Shown here: positions 1 through 10,033 of the stretch, piece by piece | Numbering within the stretch: the first letter of the stretch is position 1 | Layout of the letters: each line of letters begins with the position of its first letter | From: Epiperipatus broadwayi | Taxonomy: Eukaryota; Animalia; Onychophora | Length of the DNA stretch: 64,000 nt | Direction: 5' to 3' | Assembly: GCA_028023455.1 (NCBI GenBank) | Contig: JAQFVV010000007.1 | Coordinates: 11,656,001-11,720,000, forward strand | Translations under genes and position numbers: made by a program | The notes under the pieces: generated by a model | Databases searched by the model: none | What the model was told of the DNA's origin: nothing | What the model saw: only the letters and a program-made list of their open reading frames with translations

Positions 1-62
1 TATATATATATATATATATATATATGAACATATAAACATATATATATATATATATATATATA
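1..62. repeat. (TA)n microsatellite, interrupted
   Basis: Direct reading of TA runs at the window start. Confidence 0.95.
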
Positions 63-1129
63 ATGTTTTCATGGTGTTAAATGGATTTAAAATTCTTATC
101 TGATTAGACCCAGAATCACATATGGCTTAATGTATTTGACAGTGCAACTTGAAGATTGTGTAATTAAAAAATCATTTACATTTTAAAATGTGCACTTTTT
201 ACTTGATTTTTAATGATTTTATGAGAGATAAAATTTAAGATCTAACTAGGTCATGCTGATTTGGAGATTTGAGACTTGGGTCATCATTTACAGGTGAATT
301 ATTTTAAGTTTATATCAGATGACTGGAACCAGAATTTTGTAATTTTAATTCCCATTTTAATCTATAATTTCACCTTCTTACATCATAAGTGTTTATATGC
401 CATATAATTTTAAAATATATGCAATATTATAATTATATTGCAAATATTAATTTGGAAAGTGTAATTGGTACTTTATTCTTCTGCTATGATCTCAATTATT
501 GTTCATATCTGGGCTGAGTAAATATTTATCAGGTTCCAAAGAGATTTCATTTATTCTTTAATATATTTGGTAAAATTAATTCAAGAAAAATCAATTGATA
601 AATGGATATCTAGTTATTTTTGATTAAAGTCTAAGATGAAGACAAGAAAAAGGTAATATCGTTTCTATTTAGGAATGAAAAAGCCTGTTGCAGAAGTCTT
701 TTTTCATCACTATTTACTTTTGTAGGTGTTTCAGAAAATATTGTGCTTAGCATATATATTAAAAATAACCTTATTTTTTAATATAAAATTAAAATATTTA
801 TATGTTAATGCAATGGATTATATAATTTTTCACAAGGTCTTAAAAGTGGATAGAAACCAATCAGTATCTTGTATGAAAGTGATGCAGTAAAAGTTATTGA
901 AATTGTCATTGTGGACAAAGAAACTCAGATGTTGATACCAAATATAACATTGCAGACATATTATTCACCAAAAAATACTTGAAAGTATCTATTTTGGTTA
1001 AATATAATCTCTAGTTTAATAAATGATTAATAAGAATTATTAATGTATTTATATAAAATCGTCCACTTGAGAGTAATACTTAATTTAATAAATGATTATA
1101 ATCATTAATACATTTATGTAATTAATATT

Positions 1130-1490
1130 TATTAAGGCTGTAACCTCAAGAACATGTGTATAAAAATGTGATAGTAGGGACCTCTACAGGTCTTAAACCA
1201 CAAGCTTACTCTTTGGAAGAAAAGAGGGGAACCCTTCTTTACTTCAACCTATTGTCTATTTAAATAGGTGAAGCTGAAGCAGTTCGATCTGAGAGCGTGA
1301 AGCTATTCAATACTTCACTGATTAAGTCCACATTTCTTATTACACATTAATACTCATGAAATCTTTCGATTTACAATAAGTCAATGGAAAGATTTTATAG
1401 TTAGAAATCTATTACAATAATTTAAATTGTAATTATAAACTTATTTAAACGCACATTGATTATGTAAGTAATATTTATTAAGGCAATAAT
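1130..1490 (+). repeat. ~350-bp interspersed repeat unit, same family as 28352-29080
   Basis: Shared motifs TTAAGGCT(G/A)TAACC, GGACCTCTACA, AATACTTCACTGATTAAGTCCACA and GATTTACAAT(A/G)AGTCA with 28360-28640. Confidence 0.7.
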
Positions 1491-1557
1491 AATGTAAAAT
1501 ATGTACTTTTATATGTATATAAAAATGGTTATATAATTATATGTTTAAATGGTGTAG

Positions 1558-1593
1558 CTCTGATAAAGACTGCAGGATAGTCAAAACTGTTAG
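1558..1593 (+). ncRNA. Degenerate hammerhead ribozyme motif (same family as 47288-47516)
   Basis: CTGATAA-A-GACT-gcaggat-AGTC-AAAA-CTGT-TA. Stem II is intact; both core boxes carry G>A changes. The downstream AT-rich tail resembles the 47.4-47.5 kb arm. Confidence 0.5.
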
Positions 1594-1774
1594 AAAAATA
1601 AAGGAGAAATTATATATAAAAATGCATTTAAGTGTATAAAGAGTTATAATAAAGTAATATAATGTAGTGAGTTAAAGTTATGAATGCAGAATGATTTATC
1701 CTTGTAATCCAACCATAGCAATTTTGCTATCTATATATTGCAAAAACAAGTGATGAAGATATGTTGTGGCCTGC

Positions 1775-1818
1775 ACTGACTGATGAGTGCTGTTTCAGCA
1801 TGGAATACATATTTCAGT
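1775..1818 (+). ncRNA. Minimal type I hammerhead ribozyme motif, one core mutation (family C)
   Basis: Stem I ACTGA/TCAGT, core CTGATGA, stem II GTGCTG/CAGCAT, GGAA in place of GAAA, and near-palindromic stem III ATACATAT (ATACGTAT after CpG decay). Confidence 0.6.
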
Positions 1819-2060
1819 AATCATTTATTTTTTTCACAGCTCTTCTGTCATATAGTTCAGAAATGTATAGAAATAACAGTTTGAAATATATCCCAAATAA
1901 TATGAAGTTAAATTCAAATATTTCTAAAAAATGTGTATATGAGGATAAATTATAATATACTATCTGTATTTTTATATTGGACTATTTCCATCATCTAATA
2001 TGTGTGTTGAATGTCTTTAGAAAAGTTTAATTTTTAGTTAAATATTCCAAATGCATTCAA

Positions 2061-2208
2061 CTGTTAGTAATATCACAGCAAACAGGTTAGTACATGCACC
2101 AACTGTTAGTAATATCACAGCAAACAAATGTTAATAATATCACAGCAAACAGGTTAGTATATGCACTAACTGTTAGTAATATCACAGCAAACAGGTTAGT
2201 ATATGCAC
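2061..2208 (-). repeat. ~41-42-bp minisatellite (about 3.5 units) in the PLE 3' tail, left arm
   Basis: Repeated CTGTTAGTAATATCACAGCAAACAGGTTAGTA(C/T)ATGCAC units, one of them internally deleted. Confidence 0.9.
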
Positions 2209-2251
2209 AACGTTTCGAGAGGTATTTTTCTCCCCTCTTCTTCAGGTGTTG
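2206..2251 (-). ncRNA. Minimal type I hammerhead ribozyme in the PLE 3' region (intact core)
   Basis: Minus strand CAC-CTGAAGA-A-GAGGGG-agaaaaata-CCTCTC-GAA-ACGT-T-GTG. Conserved core, 6-bp stem II and palindromic ACGT stem III, as in dimer-forming PLE hammerheads. Confidence 0.8.
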
Positions 2252-2273
2252 CTGGCCTGACCAGTGACAGTAC

Positions 2274-2356
2274 TAGCATGGGATTCGAACCTGGGTCCTT
2301 AGATTCTTGATTATTGAAATTTAAGGTAACGCTCTAACCAACTGAGCCATCCTGCC
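2274..2356 (-). pseudogene. tRNA-like Pol III promoter module (A box + B box) inside the PLE 3' UTR, left arm
   Basis: TGGCTCAGTTGG (A box), GCTC/GAGC D-stem and GGTTCGAATCC (B box). The anticodon arm is replaced by a longer AT-rich hairpin. Best by-eye resemblance is tRNA-Phe. Confidence 0.75.
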
Positions 2357-2387
2357 AAAGGCAACAGTATGTAGTAATTTCATATAC

Positions 2388-4183
2388 TTATCTATGAGGT
2401 TCCTCCTGATTTCTCCACTTTTTCCTCAGAGCAAAGTTGATTAGTGATTTCCATACATTATGTATAGTCACACTAGGTTGGCTTATGGGATTTTTTGCCA
2501 TTGTCATGTGAGCAGCTTCTTTAAATTTTCTTCTTTGTACCTTTTCTTCTTTATCCAATATTTTTGTATTTTCCCAATTGAACGTATGTTCATTGGTCCA
2601 TACATGGTCTGCTACCTTAGACACATCTGTTTTCTCTCTTCTAAGATCGGAAGAGCAAGCGCGTTTGAACTGGGAGGCTGGTCTCACCAATATATGTTCT
2701 TCCACATTCACATGGTATTTCATAGATGCAGTTTTTTCTTTGCAGCATTTCAAGTTTAGGCTTTGTAGATGTTAGAATTCCTCGTAGTGTGGTATGGCTC
2801 TGAAAAGCTGTTCTGATGTTATACTGATTGCAGAATTTCCTTAATTTGTCTGCTATTTTTGGAATGTATGGATACACTACAGTACCAATAATTGTCTTTT
2901 CTCTTGATGGTTCTTTTTGTTGTCTGTTTAATGTTTTCTTAATAACAGCTGATGGATAACCATTTTTCTTAAGAGTTTGTTCTATATAGATCTTTTCTTT
3001 TTCCAAATCACCAGTTTCTGAACAAACTTCTTTTGCTCTGTTCCACAGTGATAGTATAATTCCATGTTTTGTGTTTCTGGTGTGATTAGATGTATAGGCT
3101 AGGTATTTTCCTGTATGTGTAGGTTTTCGGTAAACTGTAGTTTTGATTTTGCCATGAGGGAGTCTTGTTACAAGAACATCTAAGAATGCCAATTTTTGTT
3201 CTTGTTCTGGTTCTATTGTAAATTTAATTGAAGGGGATATGTTGTTGATGTGTGTCCAGAAAGTTTGTAGCAATGCTTCACCATGTGGCCATACAACAAA
3301 TGTATCATCCACATAGTGAAGCCAAACTTTAGGTGGATAAGGAGTAGTTTTTATGGCTGTGGTTTCAAGTTCTTCCATATAAATATTGCTAATCAGGGGA
3401 GACAATGGTGAGCCCATAGCCATTCCTTGATTTTGTTGGAAGAACTCTGTGTTATATTGAAAGTAGGTTGTTTTTATACAGAAAGTTAATAGTTCCATTA
3501 TGCTATCAATAGGAAGAGTTGTTCTGGTTTGTAAACTATTATCATCATTTAACCTTTTTCTTACAATAGACAATGCTTCTTCACATGGTACATTTGTGAA
3601 TAAACTTTCCACATCAAAGCTTACCAGTAAGTCAGTTCTTTCAATTTTCATGTTTTTGATTAATTCTACAAAGTGTCTAGAATCCCTAACGAATGATTGG
3701 GTCTTGCATGCCAAAGGACTTAGAACTTTGAGAAGAAATCTTGCCAAATTCTGGCAAGGTGAATCTCTAGAACTAACAATAGGTCGTAATGGAACATGAT
3801 CCTTATGGATTTTAGGTAGACCATAAAGATGAGGAATTTTGCTGAAATATGATGTTATTTTACTCTTTTCTGAATCAGTGAAGTACTTGCGATGCTTTCT
3901 GAGTAATGCTTGTAACTTTGTTTCCGTACTTGGTATCGGATCTTTTGCCACTTTTCTATATTGGCCAGCTGTGAGGAGTTCTTGTATTTTGTTGTCATAA
4001 TCAGTTGTATCCATTACAACTGTTGCATTGCCTTTGTCAGCAGGGAGAATAATTATAGATTTATCTGCTTTGAGAGATTTAATTGCTTTCCTCTCGCCAT
4101 AGGATATGTTTGACTGCAATTTTTGTTGCTTGTCAAGTGTTCTTTTTATTCTCCAGTGCAATTCTGCTGCTTCTTCTAAAGGC
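2388..4183 (-). pseudogene. PLE reverse transcriptase + GIY-YIG endonuclease, 5'-truncated; only frameshift lies at the adapter artefact
   Basis: ORFs 2641-4161 and 2388-2753 carry ILPADKGNATVV, LYGLPKIHK, SFDVESLFTNVP, GMAMGSPLSP, YVDDTF, VYRKPTH and CIYEIPCECGRTYIGET, then H-x-W-x3-H. The short Cys-free linker suggests a Penelope/Poseidon type rather than Neptune. There is no ATG (frame is open to the junction at 4183). Confidence 0.93.
2644..2671 (+). other. Illumina TruSeq adapter remnant blended into the consensus
   Basis: AGATCGGAAGAGCA is an exact 14-mer match to the adapter AGATCGGAAGAGCACACGTCTGAACT, followed by CGTTTGAACT. It replaces the sequence seen in the sister arm (5990-6009). 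Confidence 0.9.
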
Positions 4184-6264
4184 GATGACTACATGAGAGT
4201 TTTTCAAGCAGTAAGAAAATCATATTCTATATTACATGGAAAAATAAAAGAATGTCAAAAGAAAAAACTTGCTAACCTACATGGGTATATCAAAAATCAT
4301 AATGTACCAAGCAATGTAACAGCTTCATCTGTTAAAAATCTAAGTTCTAAACATCTAACAGATACTGAAATTTCTGTTCTTGAAAGAGGATTAAACTTTG
4401 CTGTAACACCATCTAATATCCCCTTATTAGATATAATGGCAGCCACTGAGGAAGTCACTCAAAAATTGCCTTTAGAAGAAGCAGCAGAATTGCGCTGGAG
4501 AATAAAAAGAACACTTGACAAGCAACAAAAATTGCAGTCAAACATATCCTATGGGGGAGAGGAAAGCAATTAAATCTCTCAAAGCAGATAAATCTATAAT
4601 TATTCTCCCTGCTGACAAAGGCAATGCAACAGTTGTAATGGATACAACTGATTATGACAACAAAATACAAGAACTCCTCACAGCTGGCCAATATAGAAAA
4701 GTGGCAAAAGATCCGATACCAAGTACGGAAACAAAGTTACAAGCATTACTCAGAAAGCAAGTACTTCACTGATTCAGAAAAGAGTAAAATAACATCATAT
4801 TTCAGCAAAATTCCTCATCTTTATGGTCTACCTAAAATCCATAAGGATCATGTTCCATTACGACCTATTGTTAGTTCTAGAGATTCACCTTGCCAGAATT
4901 TGGCAAGATTTCTTCTCAAAGTTCTAAGTCCTTTGGCATGCAAGACCCAATCCTTTGTCAGGGATTCTAGACACTTTGTAGAATTAATCAAAAACATGAA
5001 AATTGAAAGAACTGACTTACTGCTAAGCTTTGATATGGAAAATTTATTCACAAATGTACCATATGAAGAAGCGTTGCCTATTATAAGTAAAAGATTAAAT
5101 GATGATAATAGTTTACAAACCAGAACAGCTCTTCCTATTGATAGCATAATGGAACTATTAACTTTCTGTATAAAAACAACCTACTTTCAATATAACACAG
5201 AGTTCTTCCAACAAAATCAAGGAATGGCTATGGGCTCACCATTGTCTCCCCTGATTAGCAATATTTATATGGAAGAACTTGAAACCACAGCCATAAAAAC
5301 TACTCCTTATCTCACCTAAAGTTTGGCTTCGCTATGTGGATGATACATTTGTTGTATGGCCACATGGTGAAGCATTGCTACAAACTTTCTGGACACACAT
5401 CAACAACATATCCCCTTCAATTAAATTTACAATAGAACCAGAACAAGAACAAAAATTGGCATTCTTAGATGTTCTTGTAACAAGACTCCCTCATGGCAAA
5501 ATCAAAACTACAGTTTACCGAAAACCTACACATACAGGAAAATACCTAGCCTATACATCTAATCACACCAGAAACACAAAACATGGAATTATACTATCAC
5601 TGTGGAACAGAGCAAAAGAAGTTTGTTCAGAAACTGGTGATTTGGAAAAAGAAAAGATCTATATAGAACAAACTCTTAAGAAAAATGGTTATCCATCAGC
5701 TGTTATTAAGAAAACATTAAACAGACAACAAAAGAACCATCAAGAGAAAAGACAATTATTGGTACTGTAGTGTATCCATACATTCCAAAAATAGCAGACA
5801 AATTAAGGAAAATCTGCAATCAGTATAACATCAGAACAGCTTTTCAGAGCCATACCACACTAGAGGAATTCTAACATCTACAAAGCCTAAACTTGAAATG
5901 CTGCAAAGAAAAAACTGCATCTATGAAATACCATGTGAATGTGGAAGAACATATATTGGTGAGACCAGCCGTCCCATTCAAAAGCGCTTGCAAGAACATA
6001 AACTGATGATTAGAAGAGAGAAAACAGATGTGTCTAAGGTAGCAGACCATGTATGGACCAATGAACATACGTTCAATTGGGAAAATACAAAAATATTGGA
6101 TAAAGAAGAAAAGGTACAAAGAAGAAAATTTAAAGAAGCTGCTCACATGACAATGGCAAAAAATCCCATAAGCAACCTAGTGTGACTATACATAATGTAT
6201 GGAAATCACTAATCAACTTTGCTCTGAGGAAAAAGTGGAGAAATCAGGAGGAACTCATAGATAA
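4184..6264 (+). pseudogene. PLE RT + GIY-YIG, longer 5' end but multiply frameshifted
   Basis: ORF pieces 4106-4573, 4515-4772, 4654-5319, 5336-5770 and 5898-6185 tile one PLE protein. The spacer adds the N-terminal NLSSKHLTDTEISVLERGLNFAVTP motif. About 7 indels relative to the left arm. Confidence 0.93.
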
Positions 6265-6295
6265 GTATATGAAATTACGACATACTGTTGCCTTT

Positions 6296-6378
6296 GGCAG
6301 GATGGCTCAGTTGGTTAGAGCATTACCTTAAATTTCAATAATCAAGAATCTAAGGACCCAGGTTCGAATCCCATGCTA
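6296..6378 (+). pseudogene. tRNA-like Pol III promoter module, right arm
   Basis: A box 6303-6314 and B box 6361-6371. The first T4 run downstream is at 6628-6631. Confidence 0.75.
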
Positions 6379-6400
6379 GTACTGTCACTGGTCAGGCCAG

Positions 6401-6446
6401 CAACACCTGAAGAAGAGGGGAGAAAAATACCTCTCGAAACATTGTG
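6401..6446 (+). ncRNA. Minimal hammerhead ribozyme, right arm (stem III palindrome broken)
   Basis: Same as the left arm, but GAAACATT instead of GAAACGTT. Confidence 0.72.
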
Positions 6447-6591
6447 CATATACTAACCTGTTTGCTGTGATATTACTAACAGTTAGTGCATATACTAACC
6501 TGTTTGCTGTGATATTATTAACATTTGTTTGCTGTGATATTACTAACAGTTGGTGCATGTACTAACCTGTTTGCTGTGATATTACTAACAG
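6444..6591 (+). repeat. ~41-42-bp minisatellite in the PLE 3' tail, right arm
   Basis: Reverse complement of 2061-2208. Confidence 0.9.
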
Positions 6592-6888
6592 TTGAATGCA
6601 TTTGGAATATTTAACTAAAAATTAAACTTTTCTAAAGACATTCAACACACATATTAGATGATGGAAATAGTCCAATATAAAAATACAGCTAGAACACCAT
6701 CATCACAAACCTTCAGAAAAACACTATAATATACTATGTATGTATACCTTTTCTACCTGAATAAGTGATTTAGATGTTTCAAAATGCAACCATAATGAGA
6801 GAAATTGGTCTGATTTTTGAGTTAATAGACAGATGTGATAGTATTACATGAATATGAAAAATGCTGTCATAGAAATAAAAATGTGAAA

Positions 6889-6906
6889 TATATATATATA
6901 TATATT

Positions 6907-6940
<34 letters not shown>
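6889..6940. repeat. (TA)n microsatellite
   Basis: Direct reading. Confidence 0.95.
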
Positions 6941-6943
<3 letters not shown>

Positions 6944-7089
6944 CAATTGAAGATCAATGAGAATGGAGTGTATCATTTTATATCTTAACTAATTATATAA
7001 TAAAAATAACAATCAAATGATTTATTACTGATAGATCCATAACAAATTCTGACAATAAAAATGACAGAAATATGCTAAGATTCATAAAT

Positions 7090-7530
7090 TATGAGCACCA
7101 GAGTCTGCTACCCTACCATAGAACCAACACATTCAAGGCAACATTTGAGTACCAGAAGTGGAAAATGTAGGATAGGATATGTGAACATTGAGTTTCCAGA
7201 ATCTGTCTCTCTACCACTGCACCAAACCATGTAGGGCATCTAATTCTTAATTAGTAAAAAAAAATAGTCAATTTTAGGAAATTTCATGCCAAAAATGATA
7301 GAACTGGGCCATGAACCTCAAATTTCAGAGATTCTCACTTTACATCATTACCACACCATGTAGGATAAAAATAGTAAATTGTTTTTTTGCTCCAGAGTTG
7401 TTGACAACTTTGAGAACCATAAATACAGTCCTAGACTCAAATTGATATGGGATGTTAGTTTCTATTCCACCTTTGCACCTTACCATGCAGATCACTCAAC
7501 TATTGATCAGTAAAAGGGCATCTAATTACA
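7090..7530 (-). repeat. Cluster of old, degenerate SINE-like fragments
   Basis: Recurrent ...CTCT(A)CCA(C/T)T(G/A)CACC(A)AACCATGTAGG... motifs, with similar motifs near 11870-11930 and 26340-26400. Confidence 0.35.
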
Positions 7531-9002
7531 CTTGACTAAAAGAAAAGATAAAAATATGAAAATTATAAAATTCTCATTAACTATAAATTACCCATACTGA
7601 TGACAAATATCTTATTTTTACTGTTTTTCTGCAGAGATATTAAAAAAGCTATTTAAGATTAATTTATTTGATATATATATATAATTAAAGTAGAATTGTT
7701 AGTTTATTATTATTATTTGCAAATTTTTTAATTTATCTGTATAAAACAATTTTATTACATTAAATCATTAGTTTAATTTCTGTATTTTAATAATTTTAAA
7801 ATTATAATAGTTTTACACTTTATAATTTTAAGTTCATCTGCAAAAGGTCCACCCCAGATCAATTATTTCCATGTTTCTTTAATAAAGTGATTTTATATAT
7901 TTTTTTCATTTGCACATGTTTTAAATTATTCAGTTTTGTTCAATGACTTTGGGAAAAATACTTGTCAAAAGAAGCAAAGAAAATCAATTACAAAAGTGGA
8001 AATTTATTAACGGGTTAATTGTGGGACATGTGCTGTAACTCATTTGAATAGGAAAAACTTTTAATATTGGGAAGTTTAATATTCACACATTTTAAAGGAT
8101 ACATAGAGTGAATAATATTGATTTTATTTTTATTACAATCCCATTTTATATCATCTATTTGAATAATAAATTAATTTTTTATATGCTTTTCTTATTTCAA
8201 ACAAATCTCAAAATTCTTTTAAGCTTTTTCAAATATATCTTTTCAATCATAAAAAAGAGAGAAAAAAGCAGTTTTAATAATTTGTTTTATAAAATGCTTA
8301 TGTGTTTATGTCATGTGATGTAATGCACATCTGACCATTTGTCTTTCATTTTTTTTTGCAATAAATTGATTTATGAATGTTAATTATATTGTTTCAGTCC
8401 CTTTGATAGCTTGCAAAGATAATGCTCATGATTTATCTCCCCCTTGAAACTTTTCCACTGTGATGTGTACATTATTAACTAATCTATTTTCTTTTCTCTT
8501 TGCTTAGCTAAAATAATAAATTAAAACTGATTTTGCAATACTTAAGATGACATTTGAATTTGAATAAATGCAACTATTTTTATAATTTATTATTATTAAA
8601 ATTAATTTTAAATATATCTGAAGTAATGAAATTTTTTTATAAACTATAAATGCATTAAAAACAAAACAGATTACTTTCTACATGAGCTATTACAATGCAC
8701 TTTTTTTTCTTGTTTTTCATGACATAAGTTAAATTTTTTCTAATTTATAATGCATTTTATATCCATTAAATAAAACATTTTTGAAATGAATTAAAACAAT
8801 CTTGAAGCAAAAAAAGTTACCTTTAGAATTTATTTATTCTACAAATGTTATGTAAACAACAACTGCCATTTTATCAACATAAATTTTGCAATTTGATTTT
8901 AAAATAACAATTTTTTCTAATTTTTTGATAACTTCTCATCTCTGGGAACAAAAATAACAAATAAAATATATGTAAACCACTAAACATCACATGATTATCA
9001 TT

Positions 9003-9198
9003 TTAGATCCTAAGAGCTAGGTGCAGTGCTCTCAGATCCAAGGCTCCTCACTGATGAAGGCCCCAATTCAGAAACTAATATGAGGATATTGGATGAGTAG
9101 GCCCTAGATAGGGACTTTATGCACAAGTCTTCTGACATCCATTGTTTACTCTGGCTTGCATTGAGCAGCACTACTATATGGAGAGTTTTGCCTGTTTT
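9003..9198 (+). mobile_element. Non-autonomous tRNA-head/hammerhead element, family B copy 1 (5' truncated)
   Basis: TTAGATCCTAAGAGCTAGGTGCAGTGCT head remnant. HHR 9046-9085: CCTCA-CTGATGA...GAAA-CTAA-TA-TGAGG. 3' tail shared with 40030-40135. Confidence 0.7.
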
Positions 9199-9938
9199 AA
9201 AATATATGTAGTATGATCTATTATTCTACTGGAACTTTCAGTGTAAATTTGCAAATTAGGATTTTTGGAATAATGTGTTTAAATTCTTGCTAAGTTGTAA
9301 AATTTCATTAATAATCTAAAGCTTTTTAAGGTTTGATTTACACCCATTAATTTTGTACATTCAGAGCCTTTATAAATATTACTTAAATAATAGTAATTTA
9401 CTCTATTTTGAATTTATTGTATACATAGTACATATATATAATAAGATTTTTCAGCCTCATTGCAATTGTGTTAGGTATATACAAATTATTTTTTTATCCA
9501 CGTAACTTATTAAATATAAGTAGAAATTAATGATATTAGAGATGTGGAACAAATTATTTAAGAATCCATATACTTCATATATATTATATAAACACAAAAT
9601 TATGTTAGTAAAAGATTAAGAAATAAAATTTGTCCCTTTTTTCTTAAATAAATAATACAAATGGCATTCAAGCACATTGTGCTTATTGTTTGGAAAGTGC
9701 AATTAAATATGAATTATTTTATGAATAAAAACAAGCATTTTTAATTTTAGATGTGTAACCTTAAAAATAAATTGGAAAAAATAATTATTTTAGTGTTAAT
9801 TAATCTATAAACAAACTCCTAGCAAGTGATATGACCAGGAAAACAGTCATAATAATATAATAAAAAGCATTTGATACACCAGTTTTAATAACTATAAGTT
9901 TTAAGTTGGATGAAACAGATATATAAAGTTTACATTAG

Positions 9939-10033
9939 TTTTTTTTTCCTGTGTCAAAGCGTTGAAAGGGAAACAAACCTGGGCCAGCTGCTTGGAAGGC
10001 AGCTATGCTGACAATAAAGCCACCAATGCTTGA
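9939..10033 (-). mobile_element. tRNA-Gly(TCC)-derived short SINE/retropseudogene
   Basis: GCATTGGTGG...GCTGC-CTTCCAA-GCAGC...CAACGC-TTTGACACAGG-A-tail. Imperfect 15-bp TSD TTT(A/G)CATTAGTTTTT at 9929-9943 and 10040-10054. Confidence 0.8.

Larger units (their letters stand above)
1964..6724. mobile_element. Head-to-head (inverted) Penelope-like retroelement composite with 13-bp flanking direct repeat
   Basis: 1964-4183 is the reverse complement of 4468-6688, with a 284-bp spacer 4184-4467 that continues the + strand ORF. TATAATATACTAT occurs at 1951-1963 and 6725-6737. Confidence 0.92.

Noticed and set aside
2061-2208. CRISPR-like array
   Set aside because: Units are contiguous with no unique spacers, there are no cas genes, and the context is eukaryotic; it is a minisatellite.
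2460-6146. ORFs 2460-2759, 2578-2775, 3500-3799, 4455-4691, 4848-5147 and 5871-6146 as genes
   Set aside because: They are antisense shadows of the PLE coding frame.
1964-6688. Palindrome as a pure fold-back or chimeric-read artefact
   Set aside because: Not favoured: a flanking 13-bp direct repeat, bidirectional CpG-type differences and older palindromes of the same geometry argue against it. Not fully excluded without reads.
6779-6976. ORFs containing IYIYIY runs (also 19486-19677 and 39288-39518)
   Set aside because: Microsatellite read-through.
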